DNA of 63,745 nt, filler included, from Hyphochytrium catenoides (taxonomy: Eukaryota; Protista; Hyphochytriomycota): assembly GCA_900088475.1 (NCBI GenBank). It is 11 parts of 11 records of this genome, joined end to end, with 100 filler letters (N's around TTAATTAATTAA, not from the genome) between each part and the next. Parts side by side here need not be neighbours in the genome. Positions count along the whole stretch, not along the records: positions 26,104 to 30,839 come from FLMG01004024.1; positions 30,940 to 38,285 come from FLMG01001453.1; 9 more parts are not named here. The stretch is one strand, 5' to 3'. Made by a program: the position numbers and the translations under genes. The notes under the pieces were generated by a model. It searched no databases, was not told where the DNA came from, and saw nothing but the letters and a program-made list of their open reading frames with translations. This document shows, piece by piece, positions 26,104 to 36,663 of the stretch. Numbering within the stretch: the stretch's first letter is position 1; every line of letters begins with the position of its first letter.

Positions 26104-27022
26104 CCATGCAAAGAAAGATTTTGGATAAGACCTCGACGTGGCCATGAATGGCGCCTATGCTGACGACGAGAGAGAGATTGGCTATGAAGCTCTCATTACT
26201 GCTCCTTTCCTCCTGACGTGCATCTGAAGAGATCAGTCCCATCACCTTGAATATGGTCTCTGAGTGCCCGTGACGGCAGAGAATCCCTAGGAGAGTCCAG
26301 AGATAGGGCAAGACCGAGCTAGTAGCGCCAAAGACTGACTCTGCATATCTATCAAGGATTGAGAACAGCACTGATGATTGCCCAGCCCTAGCCCCCTGAA
26401 AGAGCGCCACCCATATTGAGGCGTGATAATAGCCCAGTGACCTCCTTTTGCTCTTCTTCTTCTTCTGATGAGAACGACAGAGCAGTCGATTCTCGCTCGC
26501 CCAATGAACGACGTCTTCCTTACCTGCGAACGCTCCTTCCGCCATGACCCCCATTGCAACCGCTTCTCCTTCCTCTTTGAAAGAAGAAAGCCCGTGGTTG
26601 ATGTCTGTCCTCACACTTTCAAAGAAGTGAACTTCTCTACAGATGCCTTGCCACGTAATGTGGATGACATGCGTCTTCAGCTCAAGGCTTCCGCCTCTGC
26701 TAGCGACGTCAGCAACATCTTGCAAGAAGGGCTTCTTGCAGTTTGACAGATGCCCTTGACCAGCGATGGTCCTTAACACATCGTACCTACCACGATTAGA
26801 AAGGATAAGGACTAGGCCGTGGGATCGTTCTTCAAAAAGCCATGTGGCCGCTGGGAACTTCTCGACAGCAACGGCCCATGTGGCTAGCTGGCTAACGGCT
26901 CCAAGATCAAGATAGCTCTGGATCGTCAAGACTAAGTCCTCATTGTCAAGGATCCGATGGGCTGCTGGGTTGAGCATTTCGATCTTCCTTCTCCTCGACT
27001 CTTGTGGTTCTTCTCTAGTCAT
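26104..27022 (-). CDS. Intronless protein with F-box-like N-terminus and degenerate ankyrin-like repeats (truncated at linker)
   Basis: RILDNEDLVLTIQSYL followed by helical repeats with G-turns: ASRGGSLEL, AFAGKEDVVHW, ARAGQSSVL, CRHGHSETI, AIHGHVEVL. Confidence 0.6.
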
Positions 27023-29445
27023 TGCTGTTTTGCTGACGACAGCTGCCGATCCTTCAACAAGACCCAAGGTATGTTCGTCGTCGCTGAGTTTTGAAGACTT
27101 CTGCTCCTCAAAACAGAAGTAGGAGGAGGAGGGTGGCTCGACTGGAGGCAATGTAAAGGCCGCAACGGCGCTGTGGAGTGACGACACAGAGCGCTGGCTG
27201 GTGGAAGACGAAAGCTTACCGTGCAGAGAGAGAGAGCAGACGAGCAAGAAGATGAGAGGAAACAAGCTGTGGGAAGCATTCCTCAGGAGCTCCTCTCCTA
27301 CTGCCTTGGCAGCTCTGCCACTGCTTTCCCTTCTCTCATCCTCACCATCTTCTTGCTTGTACAGCCCTGATCATCCCCAAGCAGGGCGAAGCAAGCAGCA
27401 GAACAGTGTTGGTCATGGGCCAGCGAGAGGAGTGTGGGTCAGAGAAAGCTAGCTTTTCTTTCTGTATGCGGTACACAACAGAGGGAGGACGGAGGAGGAG
27501 TGATTGTCAAGGAAAGGAGCTGACACAGTTGCAAGAGATATTCTGAACTATGGTGTTTGCGGGTATTTTTGAGACAAAGATAATATGAAGAGCTCTTTCT
27601 GTTCGAAGGCTGCCTCTTCTTCTTACTTGGAGGTCAACCAGCCACATCATTGAGAGATCGTAGGAAGTGTTTGCGCTTCTCCTCACACTCATGGCGAAGA
27701 AGAGAAGCAGGTCAGCATTGGCTAGAGAGCTGTTGATGGACATCCTTCCTGTCTGCTACCAACTACTTGCGCTCTCCTCCCGGTCGTCTTCTCTCTCTGC
27801 TATGAGTAATGAACGGCAAGCACCCTTCTGCTGCTGAGTAAGAGAGGGACGAAGAAGGGAGTCCTTCGCGTCGCACGGCTTCGGGTCGGTCTCGGTACGA
27901 AGTGGCGTCCGTTATAATACTGCTGTCATTTTTCAAAGATACGCCATGCCTTGTGGCCAGAGACCATGAAGAAGCCTCCTTAGCAAGCTCCATCGATCTA
28001 TGATGAGTCAACCTATAAATATTTCTACAATCGACCGCCGGTTGCATTCATCTTCTTCATTACACTTACTACGGCGCTACAATGCTGTTGATGAGTGTTG
28101 CTCTAATGACCGTGTCAGGAACGTCTTTGCTGTGATCAGACTGCTTTTGCTGTCCTGGGATCTGTTTGATGGACGACTCTTATCAGTTTATCAGTATGAT
28201 CAGGAAAAGGATCAGATGGCTGAACCGAGGCAATATAGACTGGAAGCGTAGGACGTCTGCCATTTTCAACGGCTTAGTCGCCAAGTGTCTCTGATCCTTG
28301 TCAGTCAGTCCTCTGGTGCATGCTTGTACATGATGCGCGCTGATTCGTTAGGATTGACAACGCTCTTCACCGAAGTAAGGATGGTACTCTACTCAGCGCT
28401 TGGTTAGTTCAAGCCGAATCATCGAGTACTGCTACTATTGGCACCGACCTGGCAATCACGGTCGGCTTTCCTGTACACTAACTAGGACGCAAGACACAAG
28501 CGAAGGAACGTTGGATTGAAAGACGATGGGAGTAGCAGTCAAGGATAGAAGGACATTATCTGCAGGAGAGCTTATTCTTTGATTTTATTGATGGCTGTAT
28601 GGGTGGTGAGGCCGCCAGTGAAGTTACATTGACACCGCCTTGGGGAGCCCTGCCCCTTGTCTGCCACTGCGCCTGCTCTAAAGGGAGGCAGGGGTGCTGA
28701 GGTGGGTCATCATGCCCTAGGCTAGGCTCTCTGTGGTGCGCCAGGCTCGCTGCTGGCGTCCCGTGTCTGATCTCTCTTCCCTCCACTTATCGCTCTTCTT
28801 TCTACCTGTCGTTTGAGCCTATTACTAGGGCGTGATGCTTTCCAGGGCTCCTCCCCTTACCTTATACTCTAATGTACATCAAACGACCATCTTGGAGATC
28901 CTGCGCTGTGGCGGCCGTTGTTGTCTCCCCAGCTTGGTGCTTCAGCTGTTATAGTGGATCGGTCAGGAAGGGGACGCTCTTGTTGCTGCTCTTGCTGTGG
29001 TCGGATTCGTCTCTGAAAGAAATGCGTTATGCGGTGGTGTGTCCCGCTTGTAGGAGAGTTTATTATAAAGCACCGAAGGATGACCTGGAACCAGTGGTCT
29101 CACCTTTCTTCAGAAGACGCAATGACTAGTTTCAATGGTTGTTAGATAAATAATAGACCACTGAGCCGGGTCTTCTTAGGTAACCGCTACTGCTTAGATA
29201 GAGATGATAAGATCATCCATGTCGTCATCATCAACTCATTCTTGACATCAAACTGGGCAGCCCTTTAGCGCAGCTTTGTTCTCACTGCTGCTCACTTCTT
29301 GTTACGCGCTTTCTCGTCGTCTTCAAGCGCTTCTGATGGGCCTTGTGCAGCGTCAGGAAAAATAATGTCGGGGAAGAAGGTATAGAGGACGGCGTAGACC
29401 ATGCACGCGGACCGGAGAGTCTGTGGTGGAGGAGCACGTAGTATT

Positions 29446-30239
29446 TCATGAGCCCACCATGTACACCGCCCCATGGCAGCTGAAGTCATAGCTGGTACCT
29501 CGGCGTAATGAGAAGTAGCGACGTACCTTGCCAAGAAAGGCATCTGGCCTAGGAAACAACTTATAGCTCGCTGCCCAGCCACCGCTAACCGCTGCTAGGC
29601 TCGCCCAGAAACGAAAGAGTTCATTCCTTTCCGGTTCACTCCCGAGGTAGGCAGTCAGAGTATGCTTTGGGCCAAGTGATGGAGCTGCTGATGAGCACTC
29701 ACTTGTTCTTCTCCGGTCCAGATTGCTCCGTGAAGAGGCTAATCCTTCATCAGGACGTCTGTCTCCTTCAACATACGACGTAGGGACCGAAGAAGCTGGA
29801 AGGAGGTCGAGAGTGCTTCCAATGATACCCCCAAGGCACATCCCTTGAAGAAGTAGCTTGGGTCAAGAGGGATATTGTTCGGTGAGTATGGCAGTCAGGT
29901 AAGCAATTTCTTGAGCAAGCCATATCATAAAGCAGCTCAAGGATACAGAAGACTAGTGATACACACCTTTGGAAAATGGGCCCGAGGTCCTAGAGTTGTC
30001 ATTGGATAAAGCTTGTGAATAGCTCCGAAGGTCGCTGTAGCGCTTAGTAAACTCAGTAGACGACTTTCTCTTTGCTTTCCCTCGACAAAGATGTAGGCGG
30101 CAAGAGCATGACTTGATGCAAGTGCTGTTCCTACGACCAGTAAAGGCAGGCTCCTCCTGTTGCTGCTAAAGTAACCAACAAGGCCCGCTCCACCCAGCAT
30201 GACTGTCATCGTCACGGGGTAGCGAAGTGCGAAGGTCAT
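29446..30239 (-). CDS. TMEM14/FAX-like small membrane protein (3' exon structure uncertain)
   Basis: VMLGGAGLVGYFSSNRRSLPLLVVGTALASSHALAAY resembles the TMEM14 GGxxGY...S..L..G signature. Further hydrophobic segments follow, with an intron at ~29965-29846. Confidence 0.45.
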
Positions 30240-33007
30240 GCTTCACAATACGATGCCACTACTAGCTGTCGCACAACAAGTCTACTCTCCTGGTGGAAGA
30301 AGCGATGCTTATCGTGATCAATCAACGATAACAACGAAGCCAATGTCTCCCTGTTGGTGAGTTGAGGTCCTTCGCAGCAACGACTACTACTACCTTCCAG
30401 TGGATCAGAAAGAAGAGAAGAAGTAGTAGTAGAAGAAGTGAGAACTAGAAGTAGGGCTGATGCGTAGGAGTGGGAGATGATGGTGTCAGAAAAGCGATGC
30501 GTGCCACTGACCGTCATAAGCCAGTACAAAGCTGTGCATGCAAGTCCCTAGTAATCCGCGGCTCGCGCGCAATCTGCGGATCGTCATTCATCTTCCTCCC
30601 TGCCTCAGACGTCTCAACCTCCTCTATTGTTTATTATCTATAGAACTAAACGAACGCGTTGTGCCGACATCATCATGAAGTGCATCATCCCTGTTGTGGA
30701 TTGATTGTGGCGCATCATCAACATATTAGAGATCGATCATCAGTGACCGCTAACGCTTTTTTAATGCTAGGTGTTATCCCACAAACAGGAGCTTTGTTAC
30801 AGAGTTCAGAGGTACCAGGAACATTATCAGACGTGACCTNNNNNNNNNNNNNNNNNNNNNNNNNNNNNNNNNNNNNNNNNNNNTTAATTAATTAANNNNN
30901 NNNNNNNNNNNNNNNNNNNNNNNNNNNNNNNNNNNNNNNACCTCCTCCTCTCTCTTCAAATTCTTACGGTCTTCGCAAATCTCTTCAAAAAAAGAACCAG
31001 CATAATTACAAGTTTATTTGACCGTAAGCTTTCTTCTTGTGCACAATGATCAAAAATAATACTACTTCCCCGCCAACCAAATGTTGTAGCTGGCGCAACA
31101 GATGATGATAAAAGTGAGGAAGGGGCGTTATTGTCATTTGCCACGATAACAACAAGGAAGGCCAGCTAGAACTACAACTACACTAGTAGAATTAACTCTA
31201 ATAATTACATGTCGTGTTTTAGCTGACGAGAACTTCTTTGTCAATTTCCGAGAATTATGGCTAAAAATAATTAACTCTAATTTAATTTTAGTTTCGAATT
31301 TAGGGGAATTTACCTTGCCCAGACCACCTCAAGACCCGCCAATTTAACTACAACCGAAGCTAAGTATAACTTGCCAGAATTAACTCCAAGGGAAATTGCC
31401 ACAAACACAAAAATAATTTACCTTGGAATTAACTCACAGAAAGTTATGGAGGTGATAATCTAACCTATGGCCAATGCTGAGAGAATGGCCCTAATTGCCC
31501 ACCCCTGGACCAGAGTTACGAGCGGTCTCCTGAAGCCTTCCAGAAGCCTTTCTAACATTATTGCAACAGTACCAGAAACCAGTCTCAACCAGATGATCAC
31601 AAAACTTTCAGTAACGGACAAAATCTAACAACTCGTACGGTTTTGTCGTTTGTAAGTTGTGTGTTCGATAGCCCATGGTTTTCCTAACAAATTTCCCTCA
31701 TTATAATGAGTCAAAATTATTCATGTTCGTTACCGGCTCGATTAATCGCCAGAGCTGGCCTCAAGACAGAAGGTCAAGCTCGGCCGTCCGGCCATCTTTG
31801 TGGATGCCGTCCGGTACCAACCATCTGAGACTTCATACCAAGAGATCTGTTCAAGTCGCATGGGCTAATTCGTCCTGAGAGCAAAGTTATGACCCTCCAA
31901 ATATTTAATGAGTCAAAATTCTGCGGCTTAGGGATGGGAGGATATGACCTTTATTATTGATTGGTTGATTGGACATTTCTATTGTTTGACAATTACATGC
32001 AAAAGCGCACCTTTAGAGTGCGCCTTACCTTGACACGTCTACACCTTGACACGTCAGCTTCATGAGCTCGCTTCTCAAAAAGGTGCAAGTGAAGCGTGAA
32101 AGTCTCAGTTTGTGGCAACGAAACTCGCACGTGACACTGTACATGAAGTGCGCACACGTCATCATTTTTTCTTGTCGTAATCTGGGCCAAAGGTGTACTT
32201 TGCCGTGCGGTTTGTGGTGTGGTTTACTCTGTATAAGTAATTGTGCGCACATGTTGAAGTTGCCGTCCGTTAACTGCACCTCTTGAGGTGCCGCTTCTGG
32301 CACATGGAGAAGAGAGGGAGAGAGAAAAAAAAGAGAGAGAAGGGAAGAAGAGAGAGAGAAGACAGAGAGAGAGAGTTGAGCGTTCAGATAGACAGGGAGA
32401 AGAGAAAAGAGCATGGCCATTCTACTTTCCACTGATGGCCATCATCATCTGTCCCACTTTATCCACAATCTTGCCGTCTCTGGGTCCTTTTCAGGAGAAT
32501 AACATAGCGTTTTTCCTTCTCAGAGTTGAAGGTCCCCTTAAAAAATGTGGACGTGAGGTTGATGGCTAGCAAAACTCAAAACGCTTTGTCCCTGGGGTGA
32601 AGTAAGAACAGACATGGATCACATTTGCTTAGGTAAGGCAAGATAGTGGCACAGCGCTTTAGTGAAAGTGCTAGCCGTGTGGATCAATGAAAGAGGGCTC
32701 TATCTATATCGGTGGTTTCGTCTGCTCAAAAGCCAATCTCCGTCCATCCTCCATCGTGAACACAATCCCTAAGCTATCTCAAGCATCATGCCACAATATC
32801 GTTCCATCACACCGCTCCGGACTCCATCGTCACGCTAAATCTTGCCTTATCCTCTCTATCGTCGCGATTGATGTTTTATTTTAGCTTAACATGTAACTCT
32901 ATCACATTGCAGTAAGCTAACTAGCACCCGGCCGGCGATCAACTGCTTGGTTGATCAATCGACTGTAAACGGTCCGACTCTCATCCGTGACCATCTCACT
33001 TACCTAC

Positions 33008-34744
33008 CTAGCCACACCCCGGCAGCGCCGTCATCAAAACGCGCCAAACAGCTTGCGTGAAGCTATGTGCTGCATCCGACCTGTAGTTTGGAAGAGTGCC
33101 TGGATACTCAGTAACAAGAGTCCTTGCAGCTACAGCTTCTATACTTTGTCGGAAAGCATTTCGGATAGCCTCTTCTCCGACATAATACCCTACTGGGATA
33201 TTTACGACCGCGTATGTGGGAGAGCGAGGCCAAAACCTACCATTTTGCTGAATGGAGTACCCATTATACATCATCCCATTGATTTCCCTGTTCACATATT
33301 CCAAGTCGATCCTCAGATTCGTTGTAGTACACAATCCACTACGTTTCCCTTCGGAGTAGGCTGAATAAGCATCCTTCCATTTGCCTAGAAGTTTTTCCAA
33401 CTCCGTTTTTTTAAGACTCTTAGGCAACTTGGAAATACTGAATGCTTGTAGCATACGGGTACGGGAGGTGGCAATGCAAGAACAGGTTGCTGGTTCCGTC
33501 AGAGATGGGAATACTGGACAAGTCGTGGACGGAAGGCGGTCATAGTTGTCCACAGTGTCAAGAAGCTTCACCTCAGTGGACACCTGGCATGTCTTCAAGT
33601 TTAGAACACCTATCTTGGGTATACTGGGATTTCCACATTGGAAGGCAAAATAGTGATTTCCACAAGGCCAATACTTAGTAACAGTACCGAAATATTGAGA
33701 GTTACACCACGCAGCACCGGCTTGATCGCGATTAGCAAGTGCTGGTTTCATAGTCCTTGCATCTTCATTCCTGTAGCAAGGCGACCAACCATCCCAAGTG
33801 CCATCTCGAGGAAAGTTGTTGCACCTAAAAGAGAATCTCCATGACCCACAGTCTCTCCTGTAGTTGGGGTCTACCCCATCAAACCCCTCGGACCGACAGT
33901 AATTTGCACCAGCAGCATCTCTGTTCTCCCCCATGTTACTAGTTCGTGCTTCCTCATCGCTATAGCATGGGCTCCAATGTTCACAATAAAACTGAAAGTA
34001 ATAGTTTCCACAATCCTTGTATCCGTTTATCTGGTTAAATCCACGCTTTTGGCACCAATCCAGCCCCGCAGCGTCACGGTTAGCCAGTTTCATATACCAA
34101 GCATCTTCATTTCTGAAGCAGGGTGACAGCTGCCAAGTTAGTTGATCTCCATAACCGGCCCTCTCAATCTGTTGGGTATTTGCACATTTAAACTTATATT
34201 CAAACCACCCGCAACCGGAGTTGCTATAGCCATACGGATCCACACCACCAAACCCCAATTCACGACAATAACCGGCACCAGCTGCGTCTCGATTTGCAAA
34301 ACCTTTCTGTTTAGCCATCTCGTCACTAATGCATGGTGACCACACTTCTGCCGAATCATCAGAAGCAGCAGTACAAGCCAAATTAGGTGGTTGCAGAGAA
34401 AACGCCGTTGCATTGAACATGCTTCCCGGACCACTGGAGGTACCATTGGGACCATAGGGTGCGTACATCGGACCACTGTTTGCAGGTTTGTCTGTAGGAG
34501 AACCGTACAAAGCTGCGAATGCAACTCCACCAATCACCATTACCAGAACACCAGAGAGTGTGATGGCTTTACGACGGAACAGTGGCCTTCCGCTTGTTGT
34601 AGGGCCATATCCCTTAGTCATCTCTTCAGCAGAATGTTGCTCCTGCAAGGGGAAGAGTGGAACTTGACTCCTCCCAGTCTGAAGTACTTCATAGCTAGCG
34701 CCGCTAGGAGAAAGTTGACCTTCGACAATTGTTCTGTTGGGCAT
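33008..34744 (-). CDS. Intronless type II membrane protein with four Cys/Trp-rich 'NRDAAG' repeats
   Basis: 618-codon ORF (first ATG probably 34744; ORF open to 34864). One TM segment GVLVMVIGGVAFAALY preceded by RRK. Four WSPC..NRDAAG..C...GF...CG...F.F.C modules at 33635-34342. Confidence 0.8.
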   Translation of the reverse strand: MPNRTIVEGQLSPSGASYEVLQTGRSQVPLFPLQEQHSAEEMTKGYGPTTSGRPLFRRKAITLSGVLVMVIGGVAFAALYGSPTDKPANSGPMYAPYGPNGTSSGPGSMFNATAFSLQPPNLACTAASDDSAEVWSPCISDEMAKQKGFANRDAAGAGYCRELGFGGVDPYGYSNSGCGWFEYKFKCANTQQIERAGYGDQLTWQLSPCFRNEDAWYMKLANRDAAGLDWCQKRGFNQINGYKDCGNYYFQFYCEHWSPCYSDEEARTSNMGENRDAAGANYCRSEGFDGVDPNYRRDCGSWRFSFRCNNFPRDGTWDGWSPCYRNEDARTMKPALANRDQAGAAWCNSQYFGTVTKYWPCGNHYFAFQCGNPSIPKIGVLNLKTCQVSTEVKLLDTVDNYDRLPSTTCPVFPSLTEPATCSCIATSRTRMLQAFSISKLPKSLKKTELEKLLGKWKDAYSAYSEGKRSGLCTTTNLRIDLEYVNREINGMMYNGYSIQQNGRFWPRSPTYAVVNIPVGYYVGEEAIRNAFRQSIEAVAARTLVTEYPGTLPNYRSDAAHSFTQAVWRVLMTALPGCG

Positions 34745-36266
34745 TATTTTTGCCACGTAGTCTTGAGAGAGTTTACCGACAATGGCAAGTTCAGGGTCTA
34801 GTAAGTGCGTCGGAGCTCGGAGCCTTCGCTTCAGACTTGAAGTTGGGAAGTAACAACATTGCATTTACCCATTATTCTTCTTGCCATCCTTTAGTAGATT
34901 ATCACCACAATGAACGGTCAAAAGTCCCGTTAAAAGTACTTGAACCCGAATCGGAAGCTAGTGTTTCCCAGTCCCACGGAGAGCGGACAGTTAGAGCACC
35001 CTTTGTACAAGGATTCTATAGAACTAACGCCCAACACACCCAAGCGTGCTTGGTAAGGTGTGTCATCCCTACACTTCCAGCCTCTTCTTCCGGCGACAGT
35101 TACCCGATAACTTATGTGAAGGTTCGTGGGGGTGCCGTACTGGCCTGGCTCATCTCAGGCTCTGTGGAGCTTCCTTTCCTTTTGTCCAATGTGGACTTCG
35201 CAATCAATTTATTATTACTTAGACTTTTTATGTAAAAAAAGCAACGACGGAGCGTCCGGTCCTAATAATCTTGGGGCCAAAGGGCTGTGCAAGGAAGGTA
35301 GAAAGCTATTAGAAAGAGCTGTGACGTGTTCGTGGACGTGCTTGCTAAATCTACTACTTGAATAAACCTCGGAGGAGTTCGGGCAAACCGCGAAGGGTGG
35401 AGCGTGGAGCACCGTATAACTTAGGGATGGGTGAACGGGTTGTTGGCTGTATAGGGAACATAGGTCACCACATACTGTGAAAATGTTCTTCTCAAGTTGC
35501 TAGGTCTACTACTAGTTCTAGTAAGGAAAGAGCTGAGGTCTGAGCTGCTCAAGTGATGACCCCATAATGGGCGAGAGTGGAGAAGGTAGGTAGAATTACA
35601 AGTGAGACAGGATTCAAGGGAAGAGTCGGACGACTCAAGGTAGTTGGTTCGAAGAGTGGCAGGCGATGCGACGAACTATGGTGGTGCTGGTAGTTCTACC
35701 TAGTAGATCTCCTCCCTCGAACACTGATTTAGGTAGCCAACCACTTTATAAAAATTAACGGCGAAGGGCTAATCCATGTCTGAGTAAAACACCTGGTGGC
35801 AAGTTTATCACACTCAGGGTACACCCATACATTACTACTAGAACTTCCCACTGCTCATCCATCATACTCCAGTAACTGGCGATTTGAAGCTAAAAGGTGA
35901 GAATTCTTAGCCCGTTCAGAGCGATAGGACTTTCGGCGGTGTGGAAATAGGTATGCTGCTAATTGCAACCACTCCATCCGATCAGAGTGGAGTCATTATA
36001 TGCATGATCTTCAATCTCTGGCATGGCTGTTGTTGCGTTGGCACTCTCACTCGGTCAGGCGGGAGTCAACATAAGCATACTCACCAATATCGTCGAGGCC
36101 CGCTGGCTGATTGATGAAATTTTAGATGTGCTTGTGTACTAACAACCTCTGCAGAGAGGAGCAAGTCCATCCTGTGTCAAGGGCATTGGTTTCCTTACTT
36201 CCTAGTTGTTGCAGAATAAGAAGAACTCCAATAGCGACAGCTTGCGACAGCTTCAGACTCTTTTGG

Positions 36267-36663
36267 CAGTGTTGGCAACTTTTTTTTTAAGCTTATTAAG
36301 TCTAGACTTATTAAGCTTAATAAGTCACCTTAAAAATTGGGCCCCCTTAATTAGTAATCTGTACGCTTAAAATTGATTCCAGAATAATGGCTCTTTTGTA
36401 CGATATATTCGGAATAAAGCATACAGGTAATGGATATGGGTACCCTTGGGTACCCATATGATTCCAAGCCGACCCATGGGTCATACCCATACTGACACAC
36501 ATTGAGTTGGAAGGCATCTCAGAGCCCTTTTACCCTAGGTTTACTGGAGTCACCTACTAAGAATTTTTAAGCTTATTAAGTCCTTAAGTAAGCTTAGAAA
36601 TTCGGCGACTTAATAACTTAAAAAAGATTTGCCTTAATTAATAAGCTTAAATTGCCAACACTG
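36267..36663. mobile_element. hAT-superfamily MITE (397 bp)
   Basis: 12-bp TIR CAGTGTTGGCAA / TTGCCAACACTG. Perfect 8-bp TSD TCTTTTGG at 36259-36266 and 36664-36671. Subterminal (AAG)CTTATTAA repeats at both ends. No ORF. Confidence 0.92.

Noticed and set aside
31989-32245. MITE bounded by ACAATTAC/GTAATTGT
   Set aside because: The inverted match is only 8 bp and no target-site duplication is evident.
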